Shown one piece after another: positions 18,770-29,080 of a DNA stretch of 64,000 bases (its first letter is position 1; the number at the start of each line of letters is the position of its first letter). The translations under genes and the position numbers were made by a program. Source of the DNA: an uncultured delta proteobacterium. Its GTDB lineage: Bacteria; Desulfobacterota; Binatia; Binatales; Binataceae. The DNA lies in the NCBI GenBank assembly GCA_963711565.1, contig CAVQEQ010000004.1:352001-416000 (forward strand), given 5' to 3'. Under the pieces are notes generated by a model that ran no database searches, was not told the DNA's origin, and saw only the letters and a program-made list of their open reading frames with translations.

Positions 18770-19768
18770 CTACACTGCCGCCAGCCGCTCGATCGCTTTG
18801 AGTATCTTCATCCGCCGCTCTTCCGGCGTCCGCGCGAACGACGAGAATTGCAGCGCCGTCGTCGTGATTCCCGCCCGCGCGTAATCGTCGAGCCGCCGCC
18901 GGCATTTCTCCGCCGTGCCGAACACGAAAATCTTCTCGACCATCTCGTCGGGAATCGTCTCGAGCGCTTTCTTGCGATCGCCGGCATTCCACAGCTCGAT
19001 CGCGGTTCCCGCTTCCTTGTCGTAGCCGATCTCGCGGAAGAACTTGTTGTACTGCGGCACTGTCACATAGGCCGTCAGTGCCCGGCGGAAAATCGAGCGC
19101 GCGACCTCTTCGTCCTCATCGACTGCGCAAATTATTCGGCACACCACGTCGAGATTGGCGGGATCCTTGCCTGCCGTACGCATCCCGTCGCGCGTGTTGT
19201 CGAGCATCGGCGCCACCGTCTCGGGCGTGATGAAGTTGACGATCACGCCGTCGCCCAGCTCGCCCGCAATCCGCAGCATCTTGGAGCCTTGCGCACCGAT
19301 ATAGATTTTCGGCGGATGCGTAATCGAAGTGTCGAGGCGGAAGCCGTTTATCTTGACCTTCGCGCCCGCCATCGTGACCTTCTCGCCGCGGAAAATCGCG
19401 CGCAGCGCTTCGACCGTCTCGCGCATCTGCGTCACCGGTTTCTGAAACGGCACGCCCATCCAGTTCTCGACGATATTAGGCGTCGAGATTCCCAGGCCCA
19501 GGACAAAACGACCGCCCGCCAGCTCGTTGACGGTGACGGCCGACATCGCAATCAGGGGCGCCGGCCGGGTGAACACCGGGATAATCGCGCAGCCGAAGCG
19601 CATCCTGTCCGTGAGCATCGCCGCCGCGGCAATCGGCGCGAACGCGTCGGTCGAAAACGACTCGTACGACCATGCGTCGGTGTAGCCGCATCGATCCGCG
19701 GTACGCACCAGCTCGGGAAAATGAACGCCGTTGAACGGGTCGAAGGGGATAGTGATTCCAAGTCGCAT
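18770..19768 (-). CDS. LLM class (probably F420-dependent) oxidoreductase
   Basis: MRLGITIP start, GRFVLGLGIS, IYIGAQGSKMLRIAGELGDG. Confidence 0.88.
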   Translation of the reverse strand: MRLGITIPFDPFNGVHFPELVRTADRCGYTDAWSYESFSTDAFAPIAAAAMLTDRMRFGCAIIPVFTRPAPLIAMSAVTVNELAGGRFVLGLGISTPNIVENWMGVPFQKPVTQMRETVEALRAIFRGEKVTMAGAKVKINGFRLDTSITHPPKIYIGAQGSKMLRIAGELGDGVIVNFITPETVAPMLDNTRDGMRTAGKDPANLDVVCRIICAVDEDEEVARSIFRRALTAYVTVPQYNKFFREIGYDKEAGTAIELWNAGDRKKALETIPDEMVEKIFVFGTAEKCRRRLDDYARAGITTTALQFSSFARTPEERRMKILKAIERLAAV

Positions 19769-19812
19769 TTTTTGGTTCCTCAGAGTCGCGAATGTAGCGC
19801 AGCCGGACGAGG

Positions 19813-22677
19813 TTAGCCTACCCGCAGGTTCAACACTTCCGCCAGATGCATCGGCGTGCGCGACGGGCAGAAACGGCGAATCTGCGACCGGCACGAGAAT
19901 CCGTCCGCGACGACAATCGCGTCGGGCGGCGCCTTGTCGATCGCGGGAAATAAAACTCTCGCGCCGATCGTTTTCGATATCTCGAAATGCTCACGGTCGT
20001 AGCCGAACGCGCCCGCCATCCCGCAGCATCCCGCGTCGAGCACCTCGAGTTCCGGTCCTGCCACGCGCGACAGGATCGCGGTCTCGCCGCCGATTCCCGC
20101 GAGCGCCTTCTGATGGCAGTGCCCCTGCACGATCGTCTTTCGGCGGATTTCAGGCGGCGCGAAGTCCGGCGCTTCGCGTGCGAGAAACTCGTCGAGCAGG
20201 AACGAATTCGACGCGAGTGCTGGGGCGCGAGCGTCGTCAGGGAACAGCGACGGCAGCTCGTCGCGAAACGTCAGGATACAACTCGGCTCCAGCCCGACGA
20301 TCGGAATCCCCACGGCGACGAATGGGTCAAGCGCGTCCATCACCTCTCGCAGTCGCGCCTTCGCGCGGTCGAGCATCCCCTGGTCGTAGAGCGGACGCCC
20401 GCAGCACAGCTCGTCGCGCGGGACGATCACGCGGAATCCAGCGCGCTCGAGGACTTCGACCGCGGCAATCGCGACCTGCGGCTCGAAGAAGTTGTTGAAG
20501 GTGTCGGGAAACAGTACGACTTCCCGCATGCTCGCTCCAGGAGCCGTCCTGCGCTCGAACAACGAACGAAAAGTGCGCCGCGCAAAACCCGGCAACGCGC
20601 GATCGGAATGAATCGCGAGCGCCTTTTTAACCAGGTCTGTAATCAGCGGCGCATGCGCAATTGCGTTCGCGAGCGACGGCGCGTACGACGCGAGGCGTGC
20701 GACCTCGTTCAGTCTGCCGAAGAACGCCGACGACAGCGGACGCCGGTGCATCCGATAGTAATTCGAGAAAAATTCCGCGCGGTACGCCGACATATCCACC
20801 GACGACGGGCACTCGCTCTTGCATCCCTTGCACGAGAGGCACAAGTCGAGCGCATCTTTCACGGCAACGTCGGCGAAACCTTCCGGCAAAAGGTCAGTGG
20901 TGAGAGCATCGAACAAAATTCGGGCGCGCCCGCGCGTCGAATGGACTTCCTCGCGCGTCGCCATGTACGACGGACACATCGTGCCCGCTTCGGTCTTGCG
21001 GCATTTGCCGATGCCGACGCATTTGAGCGCCGCGCCCGCGAGCCCGCCCTCGGCGCTGAAGTCGAAGTGTGTTGCGATTTCGCGCGCCCGGTAGTTCGCG
21101 CCCAGCTTCAGATGCGAGTCGAGCGGATGAGGATAGACAATCACGCCGGGATTCATCATCGAGTTGGGATCGAAGATTCGCTTGAACTCGCGGAACGCGT
21201 CGATCAGGTCGGGCCGGAACATCATCGGCAGCAGCTCCGAGCGCGCAAGCCCGTCGCCGTGCTCGCCGGAAAGCGAACCGCCGAGACTCGCGACCAGTTC
21301 GCCAAGCTCGACCATCGCCGCGCGGAACGTCGCGATTCCGGCCGCGCTCGCCAGATCGAAATTGACGCGCGCGTGAACGCATCCCTCGCCAAAATGACCG
21401 TAGTAGGTCGCGACCTTGAGGTTGCGGCTGCTGAGGATGCGATCGAAGCCGCGCAAAAACGTGCCGAGATTAACCGGCGGCACCGCTGAGTCTTCGGCTC
21501 CCGGCCAACTGCGCGGGCGCCCCGGGATGAACGCGCTCGAACCGAGTCCCGACTCGCGAATCTGCCAGACCGCGGCCTGCTCGCGCGCGTCTGCCAGGTA
21601 CGCGGTGCCCGTGCATTCTCGATGCCCGCGCGCCTCGGCAATCACGCGCTCCGCTCGCTCACGCGCCTCGTCGCGCGATGCGCCCCCCAGCTCGACTAGC
21701 AGAAACGCGCGCCCGGCGGGCAGAAACCGCACGCCCGGCATCTTCTTGATACGCGCGAACTCGGGCAGATTCTCATCGAAGCCTTCGAGCGCTTCCGGGC
21801 GATGTGCGAGCAGCCACGGCGTTTGATCTGCCGCGGTAAACACGTCGTCAAATCCGAGTACAGCCAGCGCAAGTTCCTTCGGCCGCGGCACCGCGCGAAT
21901 TGTCGCGCGCAGAATCGTTGCGAGCGTGCCCTCCGAGCCGACGAGCGCGCGCGCGAGGTTGAAGCCGCGCTCCGGCATCAGCTCGTCGAGGTTGTAGCCC
22001 GAGACGCGCCGCGGCAGCTTCGGGAAATGCGTGCGCACCGAATCTGCGCAATGGTCGCGAAGCTCACGCAGCCGCGAGTACAACTCGCCTTCGCGGCCGC
22101 CGCGCGCGATTGCCGCGTCAAGCTCCGCGTCCGCGATCGAGCCCGTCAGCGAAAGTTCAGTGCCGTCGTAGAGGACGACCTCGAGCGCCTCGACGTTATC
22201 GACCGTCTTGCCATACGCCGCCGAATGCGCGCCGCACGAGTTGTTGCCGATCATGCCGCCGATGGTGCATCGATCTTTGGTCGAAGGGTCCGGCGCGAAG
22301 AACAATCCGTGCGGCGCGAGCGCGCTGTTGAGGTGGCTCTGGACGACGCCGGGCTCGACCTGCGCGTTGCGCGCGTCGGCGTCAATCGCGATCACTCGAT
22401 TCATGTACTTCGAGAAGTCGAGCACGAGCGCCGCGTTACACGCCTGCCCCGCGAGGCTGGTGCCGCCGCCGCGCGCGAGAATCGGCATCGAAGTTTCGCG
22501 CGCGACCGAAAGCGCCGCAATCACGTCGCCCTCGTGCCGCGGAATCACCACGCCCACCGGCACCTGCCGATAGTTCGACGCGTCGGTGGCGTAGGCCGCG
22601 CGAGTGCCGGCGTCGAAGCGCACTTCGCCTTCGACTATGTTGCGCAGATGAGATTCGAGCGATGCGACTGAGGTCAT
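19813..22677 (-). CDS. FAD-linked oxidase fused to Fe-S and CCG domains (YdiJ/GlcD-GlcF-like 2-hydroxyacid dehydrogenase)
   Basis: RGGGTSLAGQ, SGEHGDG, CVGIGKC..MCPS, CLSCKGCKSECP, CCG motifs. Confidence 0.9.
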   Translation of the reverse strand: MTSVASLESHLRNIVEGEVRFDAGTRAAYATDASNYRQVPVGVVIPRHEGDVIAALSVARETSMPILARGGGTSLAGQACNAALVLDFSKYMNRVIAIDADARNAQVEPGVVQSHLNSALAPHGLFFAPDPSTKDRCTIGGMIGNNSCGAHSAAYGKTVDNVEALEVVLYDGTELSLTGSIADAELDAAIARGGREGELYSRLRELRDHCADSVRTHFPKLPRRVSGYNLDELMPERGFNLARALVGSEGTLATILRATIRAVPRPKELALAVLGFDDVFTAADQTPWLLAHRPEALEGFDENLPEFARIKKMPGVRFLPAGRAFLLVELGGASRDEARERAERVIAEARGHRECTGTAYLADAREQAAVWQIRESGLGSSAFIPGRPRSWPGAEDSAVPPVNLGTFLRGFDRILSSRNLKVATYYGHFGEGCVHARVNFDLASAAGIATFRAAMVELGELVASLGGSLSGEHGDGLARSELLPMMFRPDLIDAFREFKRIFDPNSMMNPGVIVYPHPLDSHLKLGANYRAREIATHFDFSAEGGLAGAALKCVGIGKCRKTEAGTMCPSYMATREEVHSTRGRARILFDALTTDLLPEGFADVAVKDALDLCLSCKGCKSECPSSVDMSAYRAEFFSNYYRMHRRPLSSAFFGRLNEVARLASYAPSLANAIAHAPLITDLVKKALAIHSDRALPGFARRTFRSLFERRTAPGASMREVVLFPDTFNNFFEPQVAIAAVEVLERAGFRVIVPRDELCCGRPLYDQGMLDRAKARLREVMDALDPFVAVGIPIVGLEPSCILTFRDELPSLFPDDARAPALASNSFLLDEFLAREAPDFAPPEIRRKTIVQGHCHQKALAGIGGETAILSRVAGPELEVLDAGCCGMAGAFGYDREHFEISKTIGARVLFPAIDKAPPDAIVVADGFSCRSQIRRFCPSRTPMHLAEVLNLRVG

Positions 22678-22733
22678 GATCGACGATGATTGTAGTTCAG
22701 CCCGACAATCCAGCGTGAACGGTGGAGGTCGAT

Positions 22734-23250
22734 ATGTCGAACGATCAAAGAAAGGTGTTGGCCGGGATGGCGGCCGCGGTCGTGTTCAGCGTGGCGTTCT
22801 TCGAAGTGGCCTTCCGGATGACGAACGTTGGCCCGACACCGCCCGGCATGATCGAGAACGTCGTGGCGCCTCGAGTATGCGCTCAAGTGCGAGGTCTTCG
22901 CGGCGCTATGCCTCGTCGCGGGCGTCGCGCGGCTCGCGAATCGCCGCTTCTTCATCCCCGACGCGATCGAGGGCGGCTCGTCGCCGTCAATCGACATCGA
23001 TAAGCGCTATCTGCAGAACACGCTGGAGCAGTTGGTGCTCGCGATCGTCGCCCATCTCGCGCTGGTCACGATCGTCGCCCCCGAATCGATCCGCGCCGTA
23101 GCAGTCCTGGTCATGCTGTTCGTGATCGGCCGCGTAACGTTCTGGATCGGGTATCATGTGTCGGGTCCCGCGCGCGCATTTGGCTTCGGCACCACGTTTT
23201 ACCCAACCGTCGCAGTCTATGCGTACGTCGTATCCCGGCTCGTCGCGTAA
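22734..23250 (+). pseudogene. MAPEG family membrane protein, frameshifted near 22860
   Basis: GGAGG-ATG at 22734. Coherent protein continues in another frame (SWRLEYALKCEVF...ANRRFF...YLQNTLEQ...GRVTFWIGY...ARAFGF). Confidence 0.75.
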
Positions 23251-23284
23251 GTCGCGCGCGAAAGATGCTCGACGCATCCGCCTG

Positions 23285-24049
23285 CTAGTGTGCCATCGTC
23301 CCGGTCGGAGCCGGCTTGCGCAGATTGGTCGCCAAAATGCAGACCGTCATGAATGCCGCGAGCGTTAGCGACGATTCGATGCGGTCGAGATTCAGCCCAC
23401 CCTGGACTTGAGGCTTGGTCAGGATGTCGCCCAATGTCGCCCCTAGCGGGCGCGTCAGAATAAAGGCAGCCCAGAACAAAATCGTGTGCGGGATTCTGGT
23501 GGCGAAGTAGGCCGCTGCGACCACCGCGATCAGTCCGCCAAATACCAGCGCGCCGCCCTCGAAGCCGAAACCTCTGGAATCCGCCAGGTAGTCGCCAAGC
23601 GCGGTGCCGAGCGTGTTCGAGGCCAGGATCGTCGTCCAATAAAATATTTCCGTTCTGTAATCCGCAACCCGCGCGACGGAGATGCTCCCTGTTGTCAGCC
23701 GCCACGCGCCCAGGCAGGCCAGCACCATGCCGAACAGAATCAGCGACGTGAGCGGATAGCCCAGCCCCGCAGTGCGATCGAGGTAGTCTGAGATGGTCGT
23801 TCCTACGGTGGTCGTCGCCACGATGACGAACCAGTAGTTGAACGGGCGGTAGCGTCGCTCCGCCACTTGCAGCGCCAGGGCGACGACGAAGATGACCGCG
23901 AAAATGCCCGTGGCGGCGAGATACCCGAAGTTCATCGACATCGAGACGGCGTCCCCGCCGGTCTCGCCCAGCGTGGTCGCCGCGATCTTCGCGATCCAGA
24001 ACGCCAGCGTCACCGCCGGGACCTTGTTCAATCGCCCATCGTCTATCAC
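23285..24049 (-). CDS. COG4705/DUF347-repeat membrane protein
   Basis: NKVPAVTLAFWIAKIAATTLGETGGD, YW...SNTLGTALGD, FWAAFILTRPLGATLGD. Confidence 0.88.
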   Translation of the reverse strand: MIDDGRLNKVPAVTLAFWIAKIAATTLGETGGDAVSMSMNFGYLAATGIFAVIFVVALALQVAERRYRPFNYWFVIVATTTVGTTISDYLDRTAGLGYPLTSLILFGMVLACLGAWRLTTGSISVARVADYRTEIFYWTTILASNTLGTALGDYLADSRGFGFEGGALVFGGLIAVVAAAYFATRIPHTILFWAAFILTRPLGATLGDILTKPQVQGGLNLDRIESSLTLAAFMTVCILATNLRKPAPTGTMAH

Positions 24050-24103
24050 TCGTTGTATCGCTCCAGTCCTGTCGATTTTGGGTCTGGCGCTCGCGCGGCA
24101 CGA

Positions 24104-24874
24104 TTAGAAGGTCACCAGCAGGGCCCCATACCATGAGTAGCGATCGGTCTCGTTCGCGTTCTCGATGCCTGGCCCTGCCGAGGCGAGCAGATGTAAGTTA
24201 TCGGTGAGATCGTAGGTGAAGCCGCCATCAATTTCAGTAGTAGCGAGTCCTCCGCGGGTATTGGGCGACTGGTAATAGACTTCTGCACCAATTCGAAGAT
24301 GGGGCAACACTTCCCGCGTGACCGCCCATCCGAGCTGGTAGTAGTCCTGGTAGTTTCCACCGCGGTCGATCTGATATCCGCCGCCTCCGAATGTCGCCCA
24401 CGCGCCGAAATCCTTCTCCAGCCATAGCGGCAGAAACAGCGAAGGAAGTTCCCCGGATTCACCCGGGCCGGCCGGCAGGAAGACGCGCGGATAGAAGGCA
24501 ACGTTGACGCCGAAGTCACGCTGATGCAGGAAGCGATATTTCAATGCCAGCTGAACATTGCCGAGAGTGACCACGTTTTGGCCCTGTACGCCGTTGCCGA
24601 AACTGACCGGTAAGACCACGCCCGAATCACCGAATCCGGCCGGTACGACCACGTCCAACTGGAACTCGGGCGCTACGCCATAGTTGAAGTCTATTCCCGC
24701 CAGCTGGCCAGTCCCGGAGCGCGTGGCCGTTCCGCCATCGAAGAAATAGATTTCGAAATGCCTGTAGTCGGTCGGTTCCGGATCATCCGTTTGATAAGGA
24801 GGCCCGCCAAACGCCGGAACCGCCAGCGCTACGATCGCCGCAAAAACCGCAAGAGGTATCAGCCTATGGAGCAC
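24104..24874 (-). CDS. putative outer-membrane beta-barrel channel protein
   Basis: Signal peptide, GPPYQTDDPEP, alternating aromatic strands, C-terminal Phe. Confidence 0.75.
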   Translation of the reverse strand: MLHRLIPLAVFAAIVALAVPAFGGPPYQTDDPEPTDYRHFEIYFFDGGTATRSGTGQLAGIDFNYGVAPEFQLDVVVPAGFGDSGVVLPVSFGNGVQGQNVVTLGNVQLALKYRFLHQRDFGVNVAFYPRVFLPAGPGESGELPSLFLPLWLEKDFGAWATFGGGGYQIDRGGNYQDYYQLGWAVTREVLPHLRIGAEVYYQSPNTRGGLATTEIDGGFTYDLTDNLHLLASAGPGIENANETDRYSWYGALLVTF

Positions 24875-25106
24875 GTTTCTGTGACGCGGTCGCGTGGTGT
24901 CTGGTTACATGACGATCGGCGGGGCCCCAACTTTCATGCTCTCCCTTGCAGAGGCCGTAGAACTCTACTACCGCATACAGGATTATTGTTTCCGACGAGG
25001 CTATCCGAGAGCAGCGCCATCGGCTATCGCAGGATTTGAGGACACCACAATGAGAGGTCGGGCGTTCATCGGCCATTCAATCCCACGACGACCTCAATCG
25101 TTTCGC

Positions 25107-26486
25107 ATGGGCGCGAGCGTACGCCTCGTCCTCGCCGTCGTGATCGCCGCCGGCATCTGCGCGTGCGGGCATTCCGAGTCTGATTCATCGGCGCCACCGA
25201 AGAATCCCGCCGCGGGCCAGTGGCAGGCGGAAATTTCCAACCCCAGCGGCCAGCGTCAGCAATGCGTGATGGAAATCGGCGATATGGGGCAGATCGCCTA
25301 CAGCGATTCGTGCCCGATGCCGCTGACGAGTCAGCAGGCCACTATCACCACCGTCCCCAACGGCACCTATGCGCCGAACCTTTACGTCACCGGCAAGGAC
25401 AGCGGCACCTTCATGATTATGGGAGGCGGCATCTCGGGGATGGTCGGAGCGTTTCGCGTCGAGGGCAAACATATGACGACCCGAACCGCCCCCGGCGCCG
25501 ATATCGAATGGACGCGCACCTCGTCCGAGACCCCAATGCGGAGCGCGGCCGCAAGCCGGGTGCTTCCGGGACAAATCCAATGGCCGATGAACGACGTGCC
25601 GGCTATCGCGGATCGTGCAACCGCGTACGTTCGGACCAAATGGCAACCTGACGCGTTCCTGACGTTGATCCAGATGGAACTGACTACCGGCATTACCAAT
25701 GCGCAATCCCCCGACGGGGGTGTGCTGGTCCAGTTCAACTTCTACTCTCCCGGACAGCAGCAGACGCTGACCTTTATGCCCAATTCGCCCACCAGCGAGT
25801 TGATTCCCGGCTCCAGTGCCGATCCCCGCGATGAGCGCGCGTTGCCTGCGAGCTTTATGGACCTGCCCGACGCGGTAGCAAAACTGCGCGCGAAAGGGCT
25901 GCGCGCCAAGCGGATCAAGACCGCACATCTCGAAAACTATGGCCGCGGCTCATATGTCGCCGGTGGCATCGGCGTCTTCGGCTCCGAATGGGTCATTGAC
26001 TCGGCTTTCGACGAGGAAGGCGCGGCACTGGCCGAGTTGCCGGATCAAAACGTCGCCAGCCTCGCCGACTCCAACGAGGATGTGGAAGGAGATCAATCGC
26101 AGAAGCAGAGCCTGATCCATGTCGAAATCGCGGGGCTGCGAAACAACCGCGGCAACGCGTATTGCTGGCTGTTTCAGTCGGCCGACGGTTTCCCCTCGAA
26201 CAGCGCCGGCAACGTGGAGAGCACTGCGTCAACGATCAGCAATCGACGCTCCTCGTGTGACTTCGAAAGCCCGCAGCCCGGCAATTACGCGATCGTGGTG
26301 TTCCACGACGAGGACGGCTCTCATGTGCTCGAGCTGAATCCGAACGGTACCCCGCGCGAGGGCGTTGGAGTGTCGAACAATCCCAACGTTGCTTCTGGAC
26401 TACCAAGCTACAGCGCGGCGAAGTTTCCCTACAGAACCGGCACTCTGAATTTGACGATAAACGTGAGGTATCCGTCCGGACCGTAG
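25107..26486 (+). CDS. lipoprotein with a C-terminal DUF2141-like domain
   Basis: Lipobox ICAC. C-terminal GLRNNRG...GFP...PGNYAIVVFHDE...G.PREGVGVSNNP. Start uncertain (ORF open from 24894). Confidence 0.75.
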   Translation: MGASVRLVLAVVIAAGICACGHSESDSSAPPKNPAAGQWQAEISNPSGQRQQCVMEIGDMGQIAYSDSCPMPLTSQQATITTVPNGTYAPNLYVTGKDSGTFMIMGGGISGMVGAFRVEGKHMTTRTAPGADIEWTRTSSETPMRSAAASRVLPGQIQWPMNDVPAIADRATAYVRTKWQPDAFLTLIQMELTTGITNAQSPDGGVLVQFNFYSPGQQQTLTFMPNSPTSELIPGSSADPRDERALPASFMDLPDAVAKLRAKGLRAKRIKTAHLENYGRGSYVAGGIGVFGSEWVIDSAFDEEGAALAELPDQNVASLADSNEDVEGDQSQKQSLIHVEIAGLRNNRGNAYCWLFQSADGFPSNSAGNVESTASTISNRRSSCDFESPQPGNYAIVVFHDEDGSHVLELNPNGTPREGVGVSNNPNVASGLPSYSAAKFPYRTGTLNLTINVRYPSGP

Positions 26487-26519
26487 AAGCGCGAAGACGC
26501 GGCCTTTACTCGTTTGTCC

Positions 26520-27773
26520 TTATAGCGGCAGGTCCTTCATCCCCGCCTTCGGCGCGCCGACCAGCGCGACCATTTTGCCCTCGGGCGCGCGGTTTTCATG
26601 CATCGCCTGATGGCATTCGGGAATCTCTTCGAACTTGAAGGTCTTCGCGAGGCACGGATCGATCTTGCCGTCGAGCACCAGCTGATTGAACGCGTAGGCC
26701 TGCTCGTCGTTGGCGAAATGCGATCCCTGCAAGCGCTTCTGCCGCATCCACAGGTAGCGCAAATCCGCCACCGCGTTGTAGCCGGTGGTACCCGCGCAGA
26801 TGACGACCATCCCGCCCGTGTCGCATACGAACACCGAAGTGGGAATCGTATCTTCGCCGGGATGCTCGAATACGATGCGCGGATTTTTCCGCTCGCCGAC
26901 GATGTCCCAAATTGCTTTGCCGAACGCGCGGCATTCCGCCGCCCACTTGTTGTACGCCGCGGTCTCCTTCCAGTGCGGCATCATGCCCCAGTGCAAATAT
27001 TTTTTCCGGTTGATACATCCCCGGGCGCCTAGCTTCATGCAGAAATCAATTTTGCGATCGTCGCCAACGATCCCCACCGGAATTCCGCCCTCGGCCTTGA
27101 CGATCTGGATCGCCATGCATCCAAGCCCGCCCGACGCGCCCCAAATCAACACCACGTCGTCGCGGCGGACGACGTGCGGCGCCCATCCCATCAGCATCCG
27201 GTACGCGGTCGCTCCCACCAGCGTCGGTCCCGCCGCTTCTTCCCACGTCAGATGCGACGCCTTGGGCATGCACTGATGCGCCTGTACCCGACAGAACTGC
27301 GCGAAGCTGCCCCAGTTGGTTTCGTAGCCCCAGATTTTGAAGGTCGGGTCGTACATCGGATCGTCGCCGTTGCGGACGGCGGCCGAATGGCGATCCCAGA
27401 CGCCGCAATGAATCACGACGCGGTCGCCGACCTTGACGTTGTGCACGTCATGCCCGGTCGCATAGACGATTCCCGACGCGTCGCTGCCGCCGATATGAAA
27501 ATCCGAATGATCGTACTTCGACTTCTGGCGCGCGCCGATCACGTCTACCGGCGAGCCGAGCGCCGCCCACACGTTGTTGAAATTGACGCCCGCCGCCATC
27601 ACGTAAACGAGCACTTCGTCGGGCCGGATTTCCGGCACCGCGATTTTCTCGACTTTGAACGCATGCATCGGGTCGCCGAACCGGTCCGCGCGGATCACCT
27701 GCGCATACATCTGCTTCGGCACCTGTCCGATCGGAGGCACCTGGCCTATTTCGTAAATTTCCTTTTGGCTCAT
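26520..27773 (-). CDS. ccr: crotonyl-CoA carboxylase/reductase
   Basis: [59 protein letters not shown]. Confidence 0.93.
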   Translation of the reverse strand: MSQKEIYEIGQVPPIGQVPKQMYAQVIRADRFGDPMHAFKVEKIAVPEIRPDEVLVYVMAAGVNFNNVWAALGSPVDVIGARQKSKYDHSDFHIGGSDASGIVYATGHDVHNVKVGDRVVIHCGVWDRHSAAVRNGDDPMYDPTFKIWGYETNWGSFAQFCRVQAHQCMPKASHLTWEEAAGPTLVGATAYRMLMGWAPHVVRRDDVVLIWGASGGLGCMAIQIVKAEGGIPVGIVGDDRKIDFCMKLGARGCINRKKYLHWGMMPHWKETAAYNKWAAECRAFGKAIWDIVGERKNPRIVFEHPGEDTIPTSVFVCDTGGMVVICAGTTGYNAVADLRYLWMRQKRLQGSHFANDEQAYAFNQLVLDGKIDPCLAKTFKFEEIPECHQAMHENRAPEGKMVALVGAPKAGMKDLPL

Positions 27774-28131
27774 TTATATGGTTACCACCGGCGCGATGCT
27801 CTCGGGCGAGCGACGGTCTCGGTTGGCTCCAGTCCTGGTTTGAAGCTGCGGCATTGCGCGCCGGAATTAGCTACCTGTTTGCCACCGGTTTGACAATACT
27901 AGCCTTTCGGGAGTTGGGGAACGGCCGAGGCGGCGCGCCGAGTTCACGCTTGATCCGCGGATCAAACGCACGGAATCGTTCCTCGCGTAACCCGCACTTT
28001 GTGGCGTCAATCGCGCGCAATTATTACATTCTGATTTGCAGCTCATCTCCTCCCCCGAGATAGCTGGGCACGCTTGGCCACATGCCCTCATGGTGAAGCC
28101 AACGCGTGCCTTTTTTTTCGAGGAAAGAGCC

Positions 28132-28214
28132 GGGATTCTTCGCTTCGCTCAAGAATGACACAGGAAAGGAACGACACGGCGGAAAGGAATGACACGGCAA
28201 TGAATGACACAGGC
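28132..28214. repeat. family B REP-like copy followed by tandem GAAYGACAC units
   Basis: GGGATTCTTCGCTTCGCTCAAGAATGAC, with GAAYGACAC at 28153, 28169, 28187 and 28202. Confidence 0.75.
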
Positions 28215-28261
28215 AAAAACCTGAGAGCAAAATGGCGTCCTCGCCATTTTGCGATTATCAC

Positions 28262-28328
28262 TGGGTGCAGGGGTCAGCCCCTGCCCAAGGAAGCATGAAA
28301 CCCAGGCGGGTTTCATTAAAATCAAGTC
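28262..28328 (+). repeat. two-hairpin dispersed element family A, copy 5
   Basis: TGGGTGCAGGGGTCAGCCCCTGCCCAAGGAAGCATGAAACCCAGGCGGGTTTCATTAAAATCAAGTC. Confidence 0.85.
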
Positions 28329-28446
28329 GTTCCAGCTCCGCTCCTCCCCTCGGTTGACGCGCCACCTCTAATTCCATAAAAAACGGATTCGGCTTCAGGA
28401 CTTTTCGCAACTCTACGGACACAGGAAGCAAGGCAGCCTGACCAAT

Positions 28447-28917
28447 ATGGCGGTGCGCAAAATCGAGCGTGGCCACTACTTCGAGGACTTCGAGGTCGGC
28501 CATCTTTTCAAGCATCACTGGGGTCGCACCATCACCGAAGGCGACAACAGCTTTTTCTCCAGCGTCACGATGAATTTCAACCCGAGCTACTTTAATCGCG
28601 AGTATGCGCAGTCGCTCGGCTACAAGAACGTCGTCGTCAATCACATGCTCGTGATGAACGTGGTGTTCGGGCTGTCGGTCGAGGACCTGAGCGAGCGTGC
28701 GATCGCGCATCTTGGCTACGAAAAAATGAAATGGCACGAGACCGTCTATCCCGGCGACACGATCACGTCGGAGTCGCTCGTGCTGTCCAAGCGCGACACT
28801 TCGCGGCCCGATCGCGGCGTCGTCAAGTTCCGCACCACTGGCTACAACCAACGCAGCGAAAAGGTGCTCGAATACGAGCGCCCGGTCCTGATTCGCAAGC
28901 GCAACCCGTCTTCATAG
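28447..28917 (+). CDS. MaoC-family dehydratase, resembling the N-terminal half of mesaconyl-CoA hydratase
   Basis: YFEDF, GRTITEGD, VFGLSVEDLSERAIAHLGY, VYPGDT, GYNQ. Confidence 0.85.
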   Translation: MAVRKIERGHYFEDFEVGHLFKHHWGRTITEGDNSFFSSVTMNFNPSYFNREYAQSLGYKNVVVNHMLVMNVVFGLSVEDLSERAIAHLGYEKMKWHETVYPGDTITSESLVLSKRDTSRPDRGVVKFRTTGYNQRSEKVLEYERPVLIRKRNPSS

Positions 28918-28972
28918 CAGGCTGTAAATGAATCGAACTCGCAGATCTTTCTGGAAACGTCTCTTTTCTGTT

Positions 28973-29072
28973 CCCCCGTTCCATTTTGGAAAGGGGGCGA
29001 GGGGGATAGGACGGCACGATTCCTTTTTTACTATTTCCGCTTCCCATCTATGGGAAGGGGCCAGGGGTTAGG
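28973..29072. repeat. tandem pair of family C palindromes
   Basis: CCCCCGTTCCATTTTGGAAAGGGGG..GGGGGATAGG and CTTCCCATCTATGGGAAGGGGCCAGGGGTTAGG. Confidence 0.75.
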
Positions 29073-29080
29073 TTTTTCAG

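Noticed and set aside
28153-28214. GAATGACAC repeats as a mini-CRISPR
   Set aside because: Repeats are only 9 bp with 6-9 nt gaps, and they derive from the end of the adjacent REP-like element.
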